Below are positions 1 to 9,883 of a stretch of DNA of 38,095 bases, piece after piece. The first letter of the stretch is position 1, and every line of letters starts with the position of its first letter. A model generated the notes under the pieces. The model was not told the DNA's origin. It made no database searches and was given only the letters and a program-made list of their open reading frames with translations. The stretch lies in IMG/VR virus record IMGVR_UViG_3300020045_005153, positions 1 to 38,095 of that record; one strand, given 5' to 3'. Source of the stretch: a virus. Lineage: Duplodnaviria > Caudoviricetes. Position numbers and translations under genes: made by a program.

Positions 1-651
1 GAAGTGTTGCAAGCGCGTCAGGCGAAGACGGAAGAAGCCTTAGCTGCCGCCACGAAGGCACTGGAAGAGATTGAACTGAAGAACTCTGTCGCGACACAGA
101 AGGCCGTGGAGCGCGCGAAGGCAGAAGTGAAGGCGTCGCTCCGGGCGGCTAGTGAAGCCGGGGATCATGAGGCGGTCGCGGAACTGACGGAACAGATGGT
201 GGAATTGAATGCTGCGCCGGCCGCCGAAGAGACGAAGGAAGTCGCGAAGGAGGCGCCAAAGACTTGGACGCCGCCACAGGACCTAATCGACTGGGCGAAG
301 GACCATGAGTGGTTCGGGAAGAATAAACGAGCGACTTCCTATGCGTTAGGGGTGGCGGAAGAGTTGCGTGCTGCGGGTGACCTGCGCAAGGGTGTCGAGT
401 TCTATGAAGCTGTCCAGGCGGAGTCGGAGAAAGACTTGGGACTGAAGAAATCCCCCGGAGGGAGTAGAGTGGAAGAAACTCGACAGAGTGGCGGCAGTGG
501 AGGAGCGAGGGGGAAATCTTATGAGTCCCTTCCTGCGGATGCGAAGGCGGCGTGTAAGGCTGACGCGCGTAACTTTGTCGGTCCGAATAAGTTGTACAAG
601 ACGGAGGCTGAGTGGAATAAAGCCTACGCAGACCTTTATTATCAGGAGTAG
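1..651 (+). CDS. Capsid scaffolding protein, 5'-truncated
   Basis: Open from the window edge. Ala/Glu/Lys-rich coiled coil, W..(x)WF motif and low-complexity GS linker; two genes upstream of the major capsid gene. Confidence 0.65.
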   Translation, partial: EVLQARQAKTEEALAAATKALEEIELKNSVATQKAVERAKAEVKASLRAASEAGDHEAVAELTEQMVELNAAPAAEETKEVAKEAPKTWTPPQDLIDWAKDHEWFGKNKRATSYALGVAEELRAAGDLRKGVEFYEAVQAESEKDLGLKKSPGGSRVEETRQSGGSGGARGKSYESLPADAKAACKADARNFVGPNKLYKTEAEWNKAYADLYYQE

Positions 652-654
652 AAA

Positions 655-1179
655 ATGGCCATTCAACCTTTAAGTCCCGCAACAAAGAGTGCCTCTTCCG
701 CCGAGCGTAAGCGCATACCTATGAGTGTGCCGGTTCAGCAGCTCGAGGTCCCCCCGATCCCTGGTTATCACCTCCATTGGTTCCGGGGAGATGCAGAACG
801 GATACAGCGTGCCATCAGTGGCGGCTACGAATTTGTGAATCAGCGGGATGTGCGACTGAACGCAACGAGTCTCGGCGGCGATTCCGCGGAGTCTGGCAAC
901 ACAGATATGGGAAGTCAAGTTAGTAAGGTTTCTGGGGAAGAGATAGGAAAGGATGGGCAACCAGTTCGGTTGATCCTTATGAAGATAAAGCAAGAGTGGT
1001 ACGAGGAAGATCAGAAACTGGTGGATGCGCGGAATGAGCAGGTTGCCGCGGCGCTGCGTGGAGGACTCATGGGAGCGGAGAAAGACGCTGCCGGGGACAC
1101 TCAACATCGCTACGTTGATCCGAAAAAGACGAGTATCCCTGACCTATTTAATCCAAACAAGAAGCGAAGAGCTTCTTAA
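655..1179 (+). CDS. Conserved head-module hypothetical protein
   Basis: 174 aa, RBS AGGAG. The PPIPGYHLHWFR...GYEFV...LILMKI pattern is typical of the gene between scaffold and capsid in this podovirus type. Confidence 0.75.
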   Translation: MAIQPLSPATKSASSAERKRIPMSVPVQQLEVPPIPGYHLHWFRGDAERIQRAISGGYEFVNQRDVRLNATSLGGDSAESGNTDMGSQVSKVSGEEIGKDGQPVRLILMKIKQEWYEEDQKLVDARNEQVAAALRGGLMGAEKDAAGDTQHRYVDPKKTSIPDLFNPNKKRRAS

Positions 1180-1194
1180 TCGAACGGAGACGTT

Positions 1195-1830
1195 ATGGCT
1201 AATGCAAATCGGCCTTCTGGGTTCTCCCCTGTCAAATACTTGAACGGGGCGGCTTGGAATGGCCAAGCAAACTTGTATTCAATTGCTGCAGCTTACGGGA
1301 CCGCCCTTTATATCGGTGATCCTGTGATTAGCAGCGGGACCTCGGATGCCTTTGGTATTCAGGGGATTGCGCGGGGGGCAACTACCGGCGCGCTGAGGGG
1401 TGTAATTGTAGGCCTCTTTGACAGTGGGAGTGCTAATGCAACGCCGGGTGGAGTGTCGGTGGGGAATATCAACAGCCCTAATCTGGTCTATCGTCCGGCT
1501 TCCCACGCGAATGTGTGGTATGCTGCGGTAGTGGATGATCCGAACGTGATCTTCGAAATTCAAGAGAACGCGAACGGGACGGCCCTTGCGGCCGCCGACA
1601 TTGGCCTCAACACTATTGGTGTGAGCGGGACAGGTAACGGTTATCTTTCCGGCTGGTTGCTGGCGAGTGCAACTGACGCGATCCCGAATACTACCGCAAC
1701 CCTGCAACTCCGCCTGATGGGCCTGGCCCAGAAACCCGGCGGGACAAACGTGTTTGGAGCTTACGCCAAACATCTTGTTCAGATCAACGTGCATGAACTC
1801 GGCCACGGCACTGGTGCCGCAGGCGTATAA
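1195..1830 (+). CDS. Virion structural protein (capsid cement/decoration-like)
   Basis: 211 aa, RBS GGAG, Gly/Ala-rich beta-type composition, MAN..P.GF.PV start and VVDDPNVIFEIQ motif; immediately before the major capsid gene. Confidence 0.7.
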   Translation: MANANRPSGFSPVKYLNGAAWNGQANLYSIAAAYGTALYIGDPVISSGTSDAFGIQGIARGATTGALRGVIVGLFDSGSANATPGGVSVGNINSPNLVYRPASHANVWYAAVVDDPNVIFEIQENANGTALAAADIGLNTIGVSGTGNGYLSGWLLASATDAIPNTTATLQLRLMGLAQKPGGTNVFGAYAKHLVQINVHELGHGTGAAGV

Positions 1831-1842
1831 AGGAGAAATGAG

Positions 1843-2763
1843 ATGCCTGCTGGCGTAATCAATACTGGTAGTCACCCCAAGCTACTCTGGCCTGGGGTTT
1901 ACACGACGTGGGGGCAAATTTATAACTCCCACGAAAAGGAATACACGGACCTCTATGAGATTCGGAATTCCGACAAGGCGTACGAGCAGGGTGTGCAAAT
2001 CACTCCGTTCGGGTTGGCGCCGGTCAAGCCGCAAGGTTCGCCTGTAACGTATGACTCGGAAGTGCAAGGTGCAGTCTCTACGTATCAGCACATTGCGTAT
2101 GCCCTGGGTTATATCGTCACTTTCGAGGAATTGCGAGATAACCTCTACAAGGAAGTGGCTACGAGACGGGCCGAGGCGAATGCGTTCTCTATGAATCAGA
2201 CAGTGGAGAATGTAGGGGCGTTCCTTTACAACAATGCGTTCAGCACGACCTATTTCACTACGGCGGACGGGGCGGCCCTTTGCTCCACCGCTCACGTGAA
2301 TGCGACAGGAGGGACGTTCAGTAATGCGCTCTCTCCCGCCGCCGACCTGTCCGAGGCCGCGTTGGAAGATCTGACCATCCAGATTATGGGTGCGACGAAC
2401 GACACAGGGCTGCTGATAAACATTATGCCACGCTCGCTGCACATCTCGCGGCAAGAGTGGTACAATGCGAATCGGATACTGAAGTCGGTCCTGCAATCCA
2501 ACACAGCCAACAACAACATCAACGTGTTGAAGGCAACGAATGCGTTCCCCGAAGGGATCAAGATGAATCACTATTTCACCAGTGCTCATCCTTGGTTTGT
2601 GCGGACGAATGCTCCGAACGGTATGACCTTCTTCTGGAGGGACGAGCCGATGTTCGACCAGGACAACGACTTTGATACAAAAAATGCTAAAGCTGCGTCG
2701 TATATGCGGTTTTCAGTAGGTTGTACTGATCCACGTGGGATCTACGGGAGTAATGGACCCTGA
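1843..2763 (+). CDS. Major capsid protein
   Basis: 306 aa, strong RBS AAGGAG. Motifs K.LWPG, FGLAPVK.QG.PV.YD, ADG.AL.STAH, DLSEAALE and DPRGIYGS.G are characteristic of this HK97-fold capsid family. Confidence 0.85.
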   Translation: MPAGVINTGSHPKLLWPGVYTTWGQIYNSHEKEYTDLYEIRNSDKAYEQGVQITPFGLAPVKPQGSPVTYDSEVQGAVSTYQHIAYALGYIVTFEELRDNLYKEVATRRAEANAFSMNQTVENVGAFLYNNAFSTTYFTTADGAALCSTAHVNATGGTFSNALSPAADLSEAALEDLTIQIMGATNDTGLLINIMPRSLHISRQEWYNANRILKSVLQSNTANNNINVLKATNAFPEGIKMNHYFTSAHPWFVRTNAPNGMTFFWRDEPMFDQDNDFDTKNAKAASYMRFSVGCTDPRGIYGSNGP

Positions 2764-2787
2764 TCGTTAGTTAGACTGTTTATCATA

Positions 2788-2817
2788 GGCATCCCTTACG
2801 ACGGTGTAACGGGTGCC
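2788..2817. promoter_or_regulatory. Palindromic operator-like site, copy 1 of 3
   Basis: GGCATCC-CTTACG-ACGG-TGTAAC-GGGTGCC; related 30-mers at 18435-18464 and 31918-31947. Confidence 0.6.
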
Positions 2818-2918
2818 TACATAAGTAGCCTGACGAGTCAGCAAGAGTGTACCGGCACTACCGGTAAGGCAATACGCATTGGCGGGGCTAGAACCCTCGT
2901 CACACTTAGGAGATCTAA

Positions 2919-4145
2919 ATGGGTGGTACACAGATTGGGAGTTTCACTAACTTCCCGCAAGGCTTTGCTAATGGACTCAGTGTCCGAGGCATGCCGCTTA
3001 CGCAAATGCAGCCGGGACAAGTGTTCTATGTCGGCAATGGCCCTGTGCTGAATCCAAACCAAAAAGCCGCAAGTGATGGGAATAGGGGGACATTTCTTGA
3101 TCCCTTCTCCACGCTGAATTACGCGGTTAATACTGCTTGTCAGTCAGGTCGGGGGGATATAGTTTTCGTCCTGCCGGGGCATCGGGAGTCTATTGCAGAC
3201 GCGACGACTCTCTCGCTGAATTGTGGAGGAGTAGCAGTGATTGGACTGGGAGCAGGTGTCCTGCGACCGACCTTCACCTTTACCACTGCGACGACCGCGA
3301 ATATTCCTGTACGAAGTTCCGGTGTAGCGTTGCAGAATTTGTTGTTCGTGAACAACTTCGCAAACATTGCTTCGACCTTCACCGGAATTAGTGCAAGTGT
3401 GACAGCGAGTATTGCCGCGAACACGAACAATCTGGGAACAGGCGGCGGTGGAATTATGACGGTTACTGTCGTAGATTCCGGCACTCTCTACGTCGGTACT
3501 TCCTGCATGGGAACAGGCATCCTTCCTGGCACGACGATTCTGAGTCAGATTAGTGGCACGACCGGCGGCGTGGGAGTTTATCAGGTAAGTGTCTCCCAGA
3601 CCTTCGCTTCCGGTACGATTACGACAGGTCCACATGACTTTGACGTGGAATTATGTGAATTCAGGGACTTGTCCAGCGTGCTTAATGCGTTGAGTGTCAT
3701 CACCAGCAGCAGCACTGACAATGCGATGGATGGGCTTTACTTCGCCAACAATCGCGTTCTGGGACTGGGGACGACGGCAGCAACCGCACCGTTTACACTA
3801 GCGGGGAATATTCAACGCCTGGTTATCCAGGGCAATTTCATCGCCAACCCAATCGCCGCAAACTCCGCCCTGATCCTGCTATCCACCACTACGAAGACTC
3901 TCACGCGGGCGTGGATTGACAGTAATCGCTGCGTGTTTGTTGGAGCGAATGCAGCAACGGGACTGCTGATGATTACCACAGCTACTACAAATACGGGGAT
4001 CATTAGTAACAACTTCGTCAACGGCGCTCGCGCAATTGCTTCTGCGATCCTTGTGACCGCAAGTTCAGGCTTCCAGTTCTACCAGAATTTCTACGAAGTC
4101 ACTGCGGATGCCTCCGGTGTTATTCTCCCCGCTTACAATATTTAA
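2919..4145 (+). CDS. Virion structural protein (head fibre/decoration, beta-helix-like)
   Basis: 408 aa, RBS AGGAG, Thr/Gly/Asn-rich; SDGN.GT...PF.TL.YA and GDIVFVLPGH.E precede beta-helix-type repeats. Confidence 0.65.
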   Translation: MGGTQIGSFTNFPQGFANGLSVRGMPLTQMQPGQVFYVGNGPVLNPNQKAASDGNRGTFLDPFSTLNYAVNTACQSGRGDIVFVLPGHRESIADATTLSLNCGGVAVIGLGAGVLRPTFTFTTATTANIPVRSSGVALQNLLFVNNFANIASTFTGISASVTASIAANTNNLGTGGGGIMTVTVVDSGTLYVGTSCMGTGILPGTTILSQISGTTGGVGVYQVSVSQTFASGTITTGPHDFDVELCEFRDLSSVLNALSVITSSSTDNAMDGLYFANNRVLGLGTTAATAPFTLAGNIQRLVIQGNFIANPIAANSALILLSTTTKTLTRAWIDSNRCVFVGANAATGLLMITTATTNTGIISNNFVNGARAIASAILVTASSGFQFYQNFYEVTADASGVILPAYNI

Positions 4146-4163
4146 TTTGAAAGGAATACTGAA

Positions 4164-4685
4164 ATGGGTCTCGACGTCGCAAGTTATAATCGTTTGGGTC
4201 AAGTCTTCACCGCCGCGAATACTGCTGCGGTTGCGCTAACTGCGGTAGCTACTACCACGACCGGACTGGTCGTTTTCAATCCGGTCGGTTCGGGTAAGAA
4301 GCTTGTAATGGTCGACTGGGGATACGCTTCCTCCGTTGTGGGAACTGGCGTGGGTAATCTGGGCATTGCCTTGATGCCTGCGAACGTGACTGCCGTTACT
4401 AACACTACTCCTATCATTGTGCAAGCTGCGGATGGTACAGGTGCTGGCACGCAATCGGCAGCTCGCGCAGGTTCTGCCGTTACTCTCCCGGCCGCCGCAG
4501 TCGCGGTTAAATGGGTGGGAGGTAACATCTGGGTAACCGGCGGAACAGGCGACCATCCTTACATGTGGTCTGGCGAGTTTAACGGAAGCCTTATTGTGGC
4601 GCCCGGCTCCGCCATCCAGTTCACGATCGTTACAACTGTAATGACCGGTCTGGGTTCATTCACCTGGGTAGAAGTTCCCGTATAA
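4164..4685 (+). CDS. Putative virion structural protein
   Basis: 173 aa, RBS AAGGA, Ala/Thr/Val/Gly-rich, in the structural operon. Confidence 0.65.
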   Translation: MGLDVASYNRLGQVFTAANTAAVALTAVATTTTGLVVFNPVGSGKKLVMVDWGYASSVVGTGVGNLGIALMPANVTAVTNTTPIIVQAADGTGAGTQSAARAGSAVTLPAAAVAVKWVGGNIWVTGGTGDHPYMWSGEFNGSLIVAPGSAIQFTIVTTVMTGLGSFTWVEVPV

Positions 4686-4699
4686 GTTAATTGCCAGAA

Positions 4700-4724
4700 G
4701 GGGAGGAAGAAAACTTCCTCTCCG
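4700..4724 (+). other. Intergenic stem-loop (attenuator or mRNA-stability hairpin)
   Basis: GGGGAGGAAG-AAAAA-CTTCCTCTCC with one G-U pair and no U-tract; it follows the high-copy head genes. Confidence 0.4.
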
Positions 4725-4742
4725 CCTCGATAGGAGTTTGTG

Positions 4743-5180
4743 ATGGCATACGTCGTGCAGAAAATGTTTATCATGGATGGGCCAAGTCATGTGACCCTTC
4801 ATGTAATTTTAGAAAGTGATGGAGCAGGAGGGGAGCTCACGAATTATGTGCTCCTTGATCCGACTACGGAACTGTCTCCTCCTATGCCCGCAAGACAAGA
4901 TTTAATTGTAAAACAGATTTGGCATGAATTGTCGGATATGCGGGTGCAGCTTGCCTTTAACGCCACGACGCCCTGGCCGTTCTGGACCCTTGCCCCCGGT
5001 TCCTCGAATCAGCATGACTGGAGATTCTTCGGCGGCATCCGAGATAATTCTGATGCACCGATGGGGCTGGACTCGGATGGGAAATTACTCATTACTACTA
5101 CCACGGTAGAGGGAGTGATTGGGAGCGCGAGCTTCGTATTGTGGATGGAAAAGCGTGATCGGCCGAATCCGCAATCATGA
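4743..5180 (+). CDS. Hypothetical structural-module protein
   Basis: RBS AGGAG 6 nt before ATG 4743; stop overlaps the next start (ATGA). Confidence 0.7.
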   Translation: MAYVVQKMFIMDGPSHVTLHVILESDGAGGELTNYVLLDPTTELSPPMPARQDLIVKQIWHELSDMRVQLAFNATTPWPFWTLAPGSSNQHDWRFFGGIRDNSDAPMGLDSDGKLLITTTTVEGVIGSASFVLWMEKRDRPNPQS

Positions 5181-5890
5181 CCGCACCTGCTGATAACACT
5201 CCTGCGTCGATTATCAAGGATGCCTACTTTGACGCAGGCCTCTTTCAAGAAGGTCAGTCGCCTAATTCCGAGCAAGTAGTGGACGGGATGCGGCGGCTGA
5301 CTGATGTAATTAATCTGGAGCAGACGCAGGGACTGAAGCTGTGGCTGAATGTGGATACTTCTGTTCCCCTCGTGGCCGGGCAGGGAACTTATACTTTCTC
5401 CCCTACAGGTAATGTGGTGATGCCGAAGCCGCCGAGAGCGATTGAAGCTTACTACTTAGACTCGAGCGGGAACCGGCGTCCCCTCACTCCTCTGGCGTGG
5501 AGCGACTACATCCGTCTTTCCCAGGTCACACAGACTGGTGCCCTCAATTCCTTCTTCGTGAATAAGAAGCAGACGGAGTTGAGTGTATTCTTCTGGCTCA
5601 TTCCTGACGCAACTGCAGCTACGGGAACTGCCCACTTGCTCCTCCAGACGCAGGTGACAAATTTCATCGCGGTCACGGAGACAATTAACTTTCCGGTGGA
5701 ATGGCGGATATTTCTGCGGTGGGCCCTGGCAGCGGAACTTGCAACCGGCCAGCCCCAGGCAGTAATTGATCGCTGTGACGGCCGGGCGCAGGTGTATCGA
5801 GCGATGCTGGAAGACTGGGATGTGGAGGATGCACCTACTCGCTTTGAAGTGGATTCTCGTGGGCAGTACTTTGGAAATAGGTTCCGCTAA
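5177..5890 (+). CDS. Head-tail adaptor (P22 gp4/tail tubular A-like)
   Basis: 237 aa. N-terminal 'IIKDAY..AG....GQ.P..EQ...GM..L' and C-terminal 'FPVEW..FL.W.LA.ELA'; lies just before the gp10-like gene. Confidence 0.7.
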   Translation: MTAPADNTPASIIKDAYFDAGLFQEGQSPNSEQVVDGMRRLTDVINLEQTQGLKLWLNVDTSVPLVAGQGTYTFSPTGNVVMPKPPRAIEAYYLDSSGNRRPLTPLAWSDYIRLSQVTQTGALNSFFVNKKQTELSVFFWLIPDATAATGTAHLLLQTQVTNFIAVTETINFPVEWRIFLRWALAAELATGQPQAVIDRCDGRAQVYRAMLEDWDVEDAPTRFEVDSRGQYFGNRFR

Positions 5891-7308
5891 TGGCACAACA
5901 AGCCGCTCCAGAAGATCTCCCTAAGCGCCTCCCCCTTGTTCTCGAGCCGGAGAATCGGAGCGAGAGTCTGGATAAGGACGCGAAACTGGTTAATGGGTAT
6001 GTGGAGAAGAATGACCAGACAGGGGAAACTTGGATATACAAGCGACCGGGACTGGACCAGACCCTCACTACTATTGCAGGAAATGGGTACGGAGTGTATA
6101 ACTGGCTGGGAGATATTTACCGTATCCAGGGTGCAACGCTGTATAAGAATGACGTGGCGATTGTGGGGGCAGTGGATACGACTAATGGAGTTTACCGTTT
6201 CTCTTCCTGTCTCGGCGCTACCCCGCGATTGCAACTGGGGAATGGAGTCCATGCGTATAACTACGATAGTGGTGCAGGCTTGGTACAGATTGACGGGGGA
6301 GGTAATGTTAATTTTCCTACTCCCTTTCGGAAGGGATGGGCTTATCTGGACGGAACCACTTACGTTCTAGCCCCCGATGCGACGGTAAGGGGGTGTGATG
6401 ATCTTAACACTCCGGAAGATTGGACCGATCTTCTCAATACCATTACAGCTCAGATTGAACCTGATCGAGGAGTGGCGCTGGCGAAACAACTCGTCTACGC
6501 CATTGTATTCAAGCAATGGACGACGGAGGTATTCTACGATGCACAGTTTGCGACTGGAAGCCCCCTGGGTCCGGTGCAAGGAGCGAAGATAGACTACGGG
6601 TGCATTAATCAAGACAGTGTACAGGAGATCGATGGAAAGTTGATCTGGGCTGCCACGAACCGGTCAGCGGCTGTTCAAGTAGTGATTCTGGATAATCTGA
6701 AAGCGACACCAATTTCTACCAAGCCGGTGGAACGGATATTAGGGGAGGCGGATCTTTCCTCCGTCCTTTCCTTCGGTTTCAAGTGGGAGGGCCATCGCTT
6801 CTATGGGCTGACGTTGAAGAACAATAACATCACCCTTGTGTATGATCTGACAGATAAGCATTGGGCACAATGGACTGACACGAATGGAGATTACTTTCCA
6901 ATCGTCTCCACTACCTTCGCGGCAGGGGAGGCACAGATCCTTCAGCATGAGACGAATGGAAAGTTATATCTTATGGATGCTCTCTACTATACAGATGATG
7001 GGGAAGGGATCACGGTAGATCTTTATACTCCTAACTTTGACGGGGGGACCGCCAGGAAAAAGATGCTAGGTAATATGTGGTTTATTGGGGATCAGACTGC
7101 GGGAAGTGTATTGCAGGTAAGGAATAATGATAACGATTACGATCCCAGGAAATGGTCGAACTTCCGCCAAGTGGATATGGGTCAACAGCGGCCTTCCCTT
7201 GTGAATAACGGAACCTTTCGCCGGCGTGCTTATCATATGCGGCACCAGTGCAATACACCTCTGCGTCTCCAAGCTATTGAACTTCAACTTGCCCTGGGGA
7301 CATTGTAA
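5890..7308 (+). CDS. Tail nozzle / DNA stabilization protein (P22 gp10-like)
   Basis: 472 aa beta-propeller-like; KRPGL, FK..TTEVFY, EGHRFY.L and TLVYDL...W.QW motifs. Confidence 0.75.
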   Translation: MAQQAAPEDLPKRLPLVLEPENRSESLDKDAKLVNGYVEKNDQTGETWIYKRPGLDQTLTTIAGNGYGVYNWLGDIYRIQGATLYKNDVAIVGAVDTTNGVYRFSSCLGATPRLQLGNGVHAYNYDSGAGLVQIDGGGNVNFPTPFRKGWAYLDGTTYVLAPDATVRGCDDLNTPEDWTDLLNTITAQIEPDRGVALAKQLVYAIVFKQWTTEVFYDAQFATGSPLGPVQGAKIDYGCINQDSVQEIDGKLIWAATNRSAAVQVVILDNLKATPISTKPVERILGEADLSSVLSFGFKWEGHRFYGLTLKNNNITLVYDLTDKHWAQWTDTNGDYFPIVSTTFAAGEAQILQHETNGKLYLMDALYYTDDGEGITVDLYTPNFDGGTARKKMLGNMWFIGDQTAGSVLQVRNNDNDYDPRKWSNFRQVDMGQQRPSLVNNGTFRRRAYHMRHQCNTPLRLQAIELQLALGTL

Positions 7309-7916
7309 TGTCGAACTTTCAGCCGCCGCCAACTTACGCCTCTCCCGTTCTGGTAGATGAGAAGACAGGGAAGTCGCAATTCAATCCCATTTGGCTGAAG
7401 TGGTTTGTTGACCTGGTGTCGGTCCTGGGGCCGACCGGTGCAGGATCGGTATCAGAAGTTTCGATCGTAACCGCAAATGGGGTATCGGGAAGTGTAGCCG
7501 ATCCTACCACAACCCCTGCAATCACACTGGCACTAGGGGCAATTACCCCTGCAAGTGTGGCGGCGATTGGGACAGTTACAGGAAGTAATCTCAGCGGAAC
7601 TAACACGGGGGATCAGACCAATATTACAGGAAACGCGGGAACCGCTACTGCACTCCAGAACGCCCGGACAATCGGCGGAGTGAGTTTCAACGGAACTGCA
7701 AACATCACAGTAGCCTCCGCAACAGGAGGTTTCACTGTAACCGGCGGCGCGCTCACTGGCCTGGGAGGAGCATCCTTCATTACTACAAGTACTGCCCTGA
7801 CTGATGGAGCGGCCGCCGCCCTGGGTACCCTTACAAATGCACCAGCCGCTGGCGATCCCACAAAGTGGATTGGGATTAACGATAATGGAACGCTGAGGTA
7901 TATTCCAGCATGGTAG
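7308..7916 (+). CDS. Tail needle / short fibre-like protein
   Basis: 202 aa. 'FNPIWLKWF.DL' N-terminus, then Thr/Gly repeats including 'GNA.TATALQ.ARTIGGVSFNGTANI', common in phage fibres. Confidence 0.6.
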   Translation: MSNFQPPPTYASPVLVDEKTGKSQFNPIWLKWFVDLVSVLGPTGAGSVSEVSIVTANGVSGSVADPTTTPAITLALGAITPASVAAIGTVTGSNLSGTNTGDQTNITGNAGTATALQNARTIGGVSFNGTANITVASATGGFTVTGGALTGLGGASFITTSTALTDGAAAALGTLTNAPAAGDPTKWIGINDNGTLRYIPAW

Positions 7917-8236
7917 GTCGCGCGGATCATCTCGAGCTGGGAGATTGGAACGCAGTCTGCTACGAATGCGGCAGGAAGCGGAAGGCATCTACTCTCAAGA
8001 AACATTGGCAAGGTTACTACGTTTGCCCGGAGCATTGGGAGGCGCGGCAACCCCAGGATTTTGTTCGAGCAATCCCGGATGTGCAGACTCCTCCCTGGAC
8101 GCAACCCATGCCCGCGGATACTTTCCTTGCAACTTGCACGCCGAACGGGAGTAGTGCGGTCCCCGGCTTCGCTATGCCGGGTTGTGCAACTCCTGCTTAC
8201 CTGAGTCCTTTTTACAACGCCTCTTCTGACATTTAA
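7910..8236 (+). CDS. Small Cys/Zn-binding tail-module protein
   Basis: 108 aa; CYECG...VCPEHWE..QPQDFV motif. Confidence 0.7.
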   Translation: MVGRADHLELGDWNAVCYECGRKRKASTLKKHWQGYYVCPEHWEARQPQDFVRAIPDVQTPPWTQPMPADTFLATCTPNGSSAVPGFAMPGCATPAYLSPFYNASSDI

Positions 8237-8245
8237 GGAACTGTA

Positions 8246-9883
8246 ATGGCTGATACTACCTTTGTTGACTACGATATTTCTCTTGCGAATAGGATCGTAG
8301 CCGCTTGGTTGAATGACGTTAACAATCTTCGCTACGGTGCAGATAACGCTGCGAGAGGAGCCGCCCTGTTGCAATATCGGCGGGCAGACTCTGGGGCTGC
8401 AACCCGCACTGCACTGGCGAAGATGAATGACGTGATTAGCGTGAAAGACTTCGGTGCGACGGGGGACGGAGTAACGGATGACTATACGGCGATTGCGGCG
8501 GCAATTGCTGTCGCGAGTGTGTTGGGCGGGATAGTATTCTTCCCTGCAGGTACCTACAGGACTTCCGCCACCTTAAGTGTGCTGGCCAGTGGAGTCGTAC
8601 TACAAGGCGTTGGTGTACAGTCAATCATTATCTCCGACCTGGCCGTGACGCCTGCGATTAAGTTTGGAGATGCTCCTTCAGTAACAGGAGTCGTTCATTC
8701 GGGGATTAAGTCCATGAGAGTGACTCGTGCGACCGGCACACCGGACAACGCTAGTATTGGAATTGATTTCCAGTTATTCAACTACGCAATGGACGAAGAT
8801 GTACTGGTTGAACGGAGTGGGATTAACCGAAGGATAACGGGGAATAATCCAGGAATTTCAATCGAGTATGATTGCCTTCGTCCTTCCTCCCGTAATGCTA
8901 AGATCTATCATCTGCAGATTCAACATGTCGCCGGGGTTAAGATTTTCGGAGGCCAGCTCGGAATGAATGGGGGAGAGACTTGGGATTGCACAGCTATGAT
9001 CTGCGTTACCGGGGAAGCGAATGATGTGAACTTTGATTGCTTGAATGTTATTCCTACCGGACCTGATTCGGCGGCCCCTCCCGCCCTCCTGTTCGCCAGC
9101 TACACCAACACGACGGGCGTGTTTAAGTTAAGTAACTTCAATACAGAGAGTACTTCTTACTTCATCTCTTCCGACGCAAGCACACCTGTTATTACAGATC
9201 TGACAGTGGATGGTAGTCGTATTGCTACGGACACAGGCGTGTTTAACTTAAATGCGGCAACTCAGTTGATCCAGTTTTCCTCGTCCTCCACAGGCTACTC
9301 TTCTGCATTCACCCTGACAAATCCTAAGTGGATGACTCTTATGGGTACAGCGCACGGAGCTAATGTCTCCCTGATCGGCGGCGCAACCGCTTCTGCTAAC
9401 ATTACTGGTATTACGATGTTGGCAGGGAATCTTGTTGCCAGTGCCGCGTGGACTTACTTGGGGATTAGTGGAACAACTTACCCAGGTGCGGGTGCCCTGG
9501 CAAATACAGCTACAGGAACTGTATCCGTTTACGAGCACGCATTTCTGGTAACCGCGCCAACCGTTACCGCCAACACTAATGCTTTCACGACAGTAAGCGC
9601 CGCACTTGGGTATCAGCGGCAAGGTAATTTTGCACATTGCAAGGCTACCATTACGATCACGACAAACGGGACTGCAGCAGGATCAATCAAGTTTACATTG
9701 CCTGCTGATCTACCTGCTCCTGTCGGAGAATCTGTCGTTATGGCTCGACACAGCACCGGCGTGCTGATGTTTGGTAGAGTGCTGAACGGTTCACGCTTTG
9801 TGGATAACCTTGTTAAGTACGACGGTACGTACCTGGGTGGCGACGGTACGACAATAACGCTTGATTTCCAGTACCAGGTATGA
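8246..9883 (+). CDS. Tail spike / receptor-binding protein with pectate-lyase-like beta-helix
   Basis: 545 aa. N-terminal anchor 'IVAAWLNDVN', then 'SVKDFGATGDGVTDD..AI.AAI...GG.VFFPAGTY'. Confidence 0.8.
   Translation: MADTTFVDYDISLANRIVAAWLNDVNNLRYGADNAARGAALLQYRRADSGAATRTALAKMNDVISVKDFGATGDGVTDDYTAIAAAIAVASVLGGIVFFPAGTYRTSATLSVLASGVVLQGVGVQSIIISDLAVTPAIKFGDAPSVTGVVHSGIKSMRVTRATGTPDNASIGIDFQLFNYAMDEDVLVERSGINRRITGNNPGISIEYDCLRPSSRNAKIYHLQIQHVAGVKIFGGQLGMNGGETWDCTAMICVTGEANDVNFDCLNVIPTGPDSAAPPALLFASYTNTTGVFKLSNFNTESTSYFISSDASTPVITDLTVDGSRIATDTGVFNLNAATQLIQFSSSSTGYSSAFTLTNPKWMTLMGTAHGANVSLIGGATASANITGITMLAGNLVASAAWTYLGISGTTYPGAGALANTATGTVSVYEHAFLVTAPTVTANTNAFTTVSAALGYQRQGNFAHCKATITITTNGTAAGSIKFTLPADLPAPVGESVVMARHSTGVLMFGRVLNGSRFVDNLVKYDGTYLGGDGTTITLDFQYQV

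Noticed and set aside
1427-1435. GGAGTGCTA resembling the early RBS motif
   Set aside because: Inside a coding region, mismatched, on the late strand; consistent with chance.
2830-2902. Hammerhead ribozyme (CTGACGAG core)
   Set aside because: No GAAA segment or stem arrangement to complete the core.
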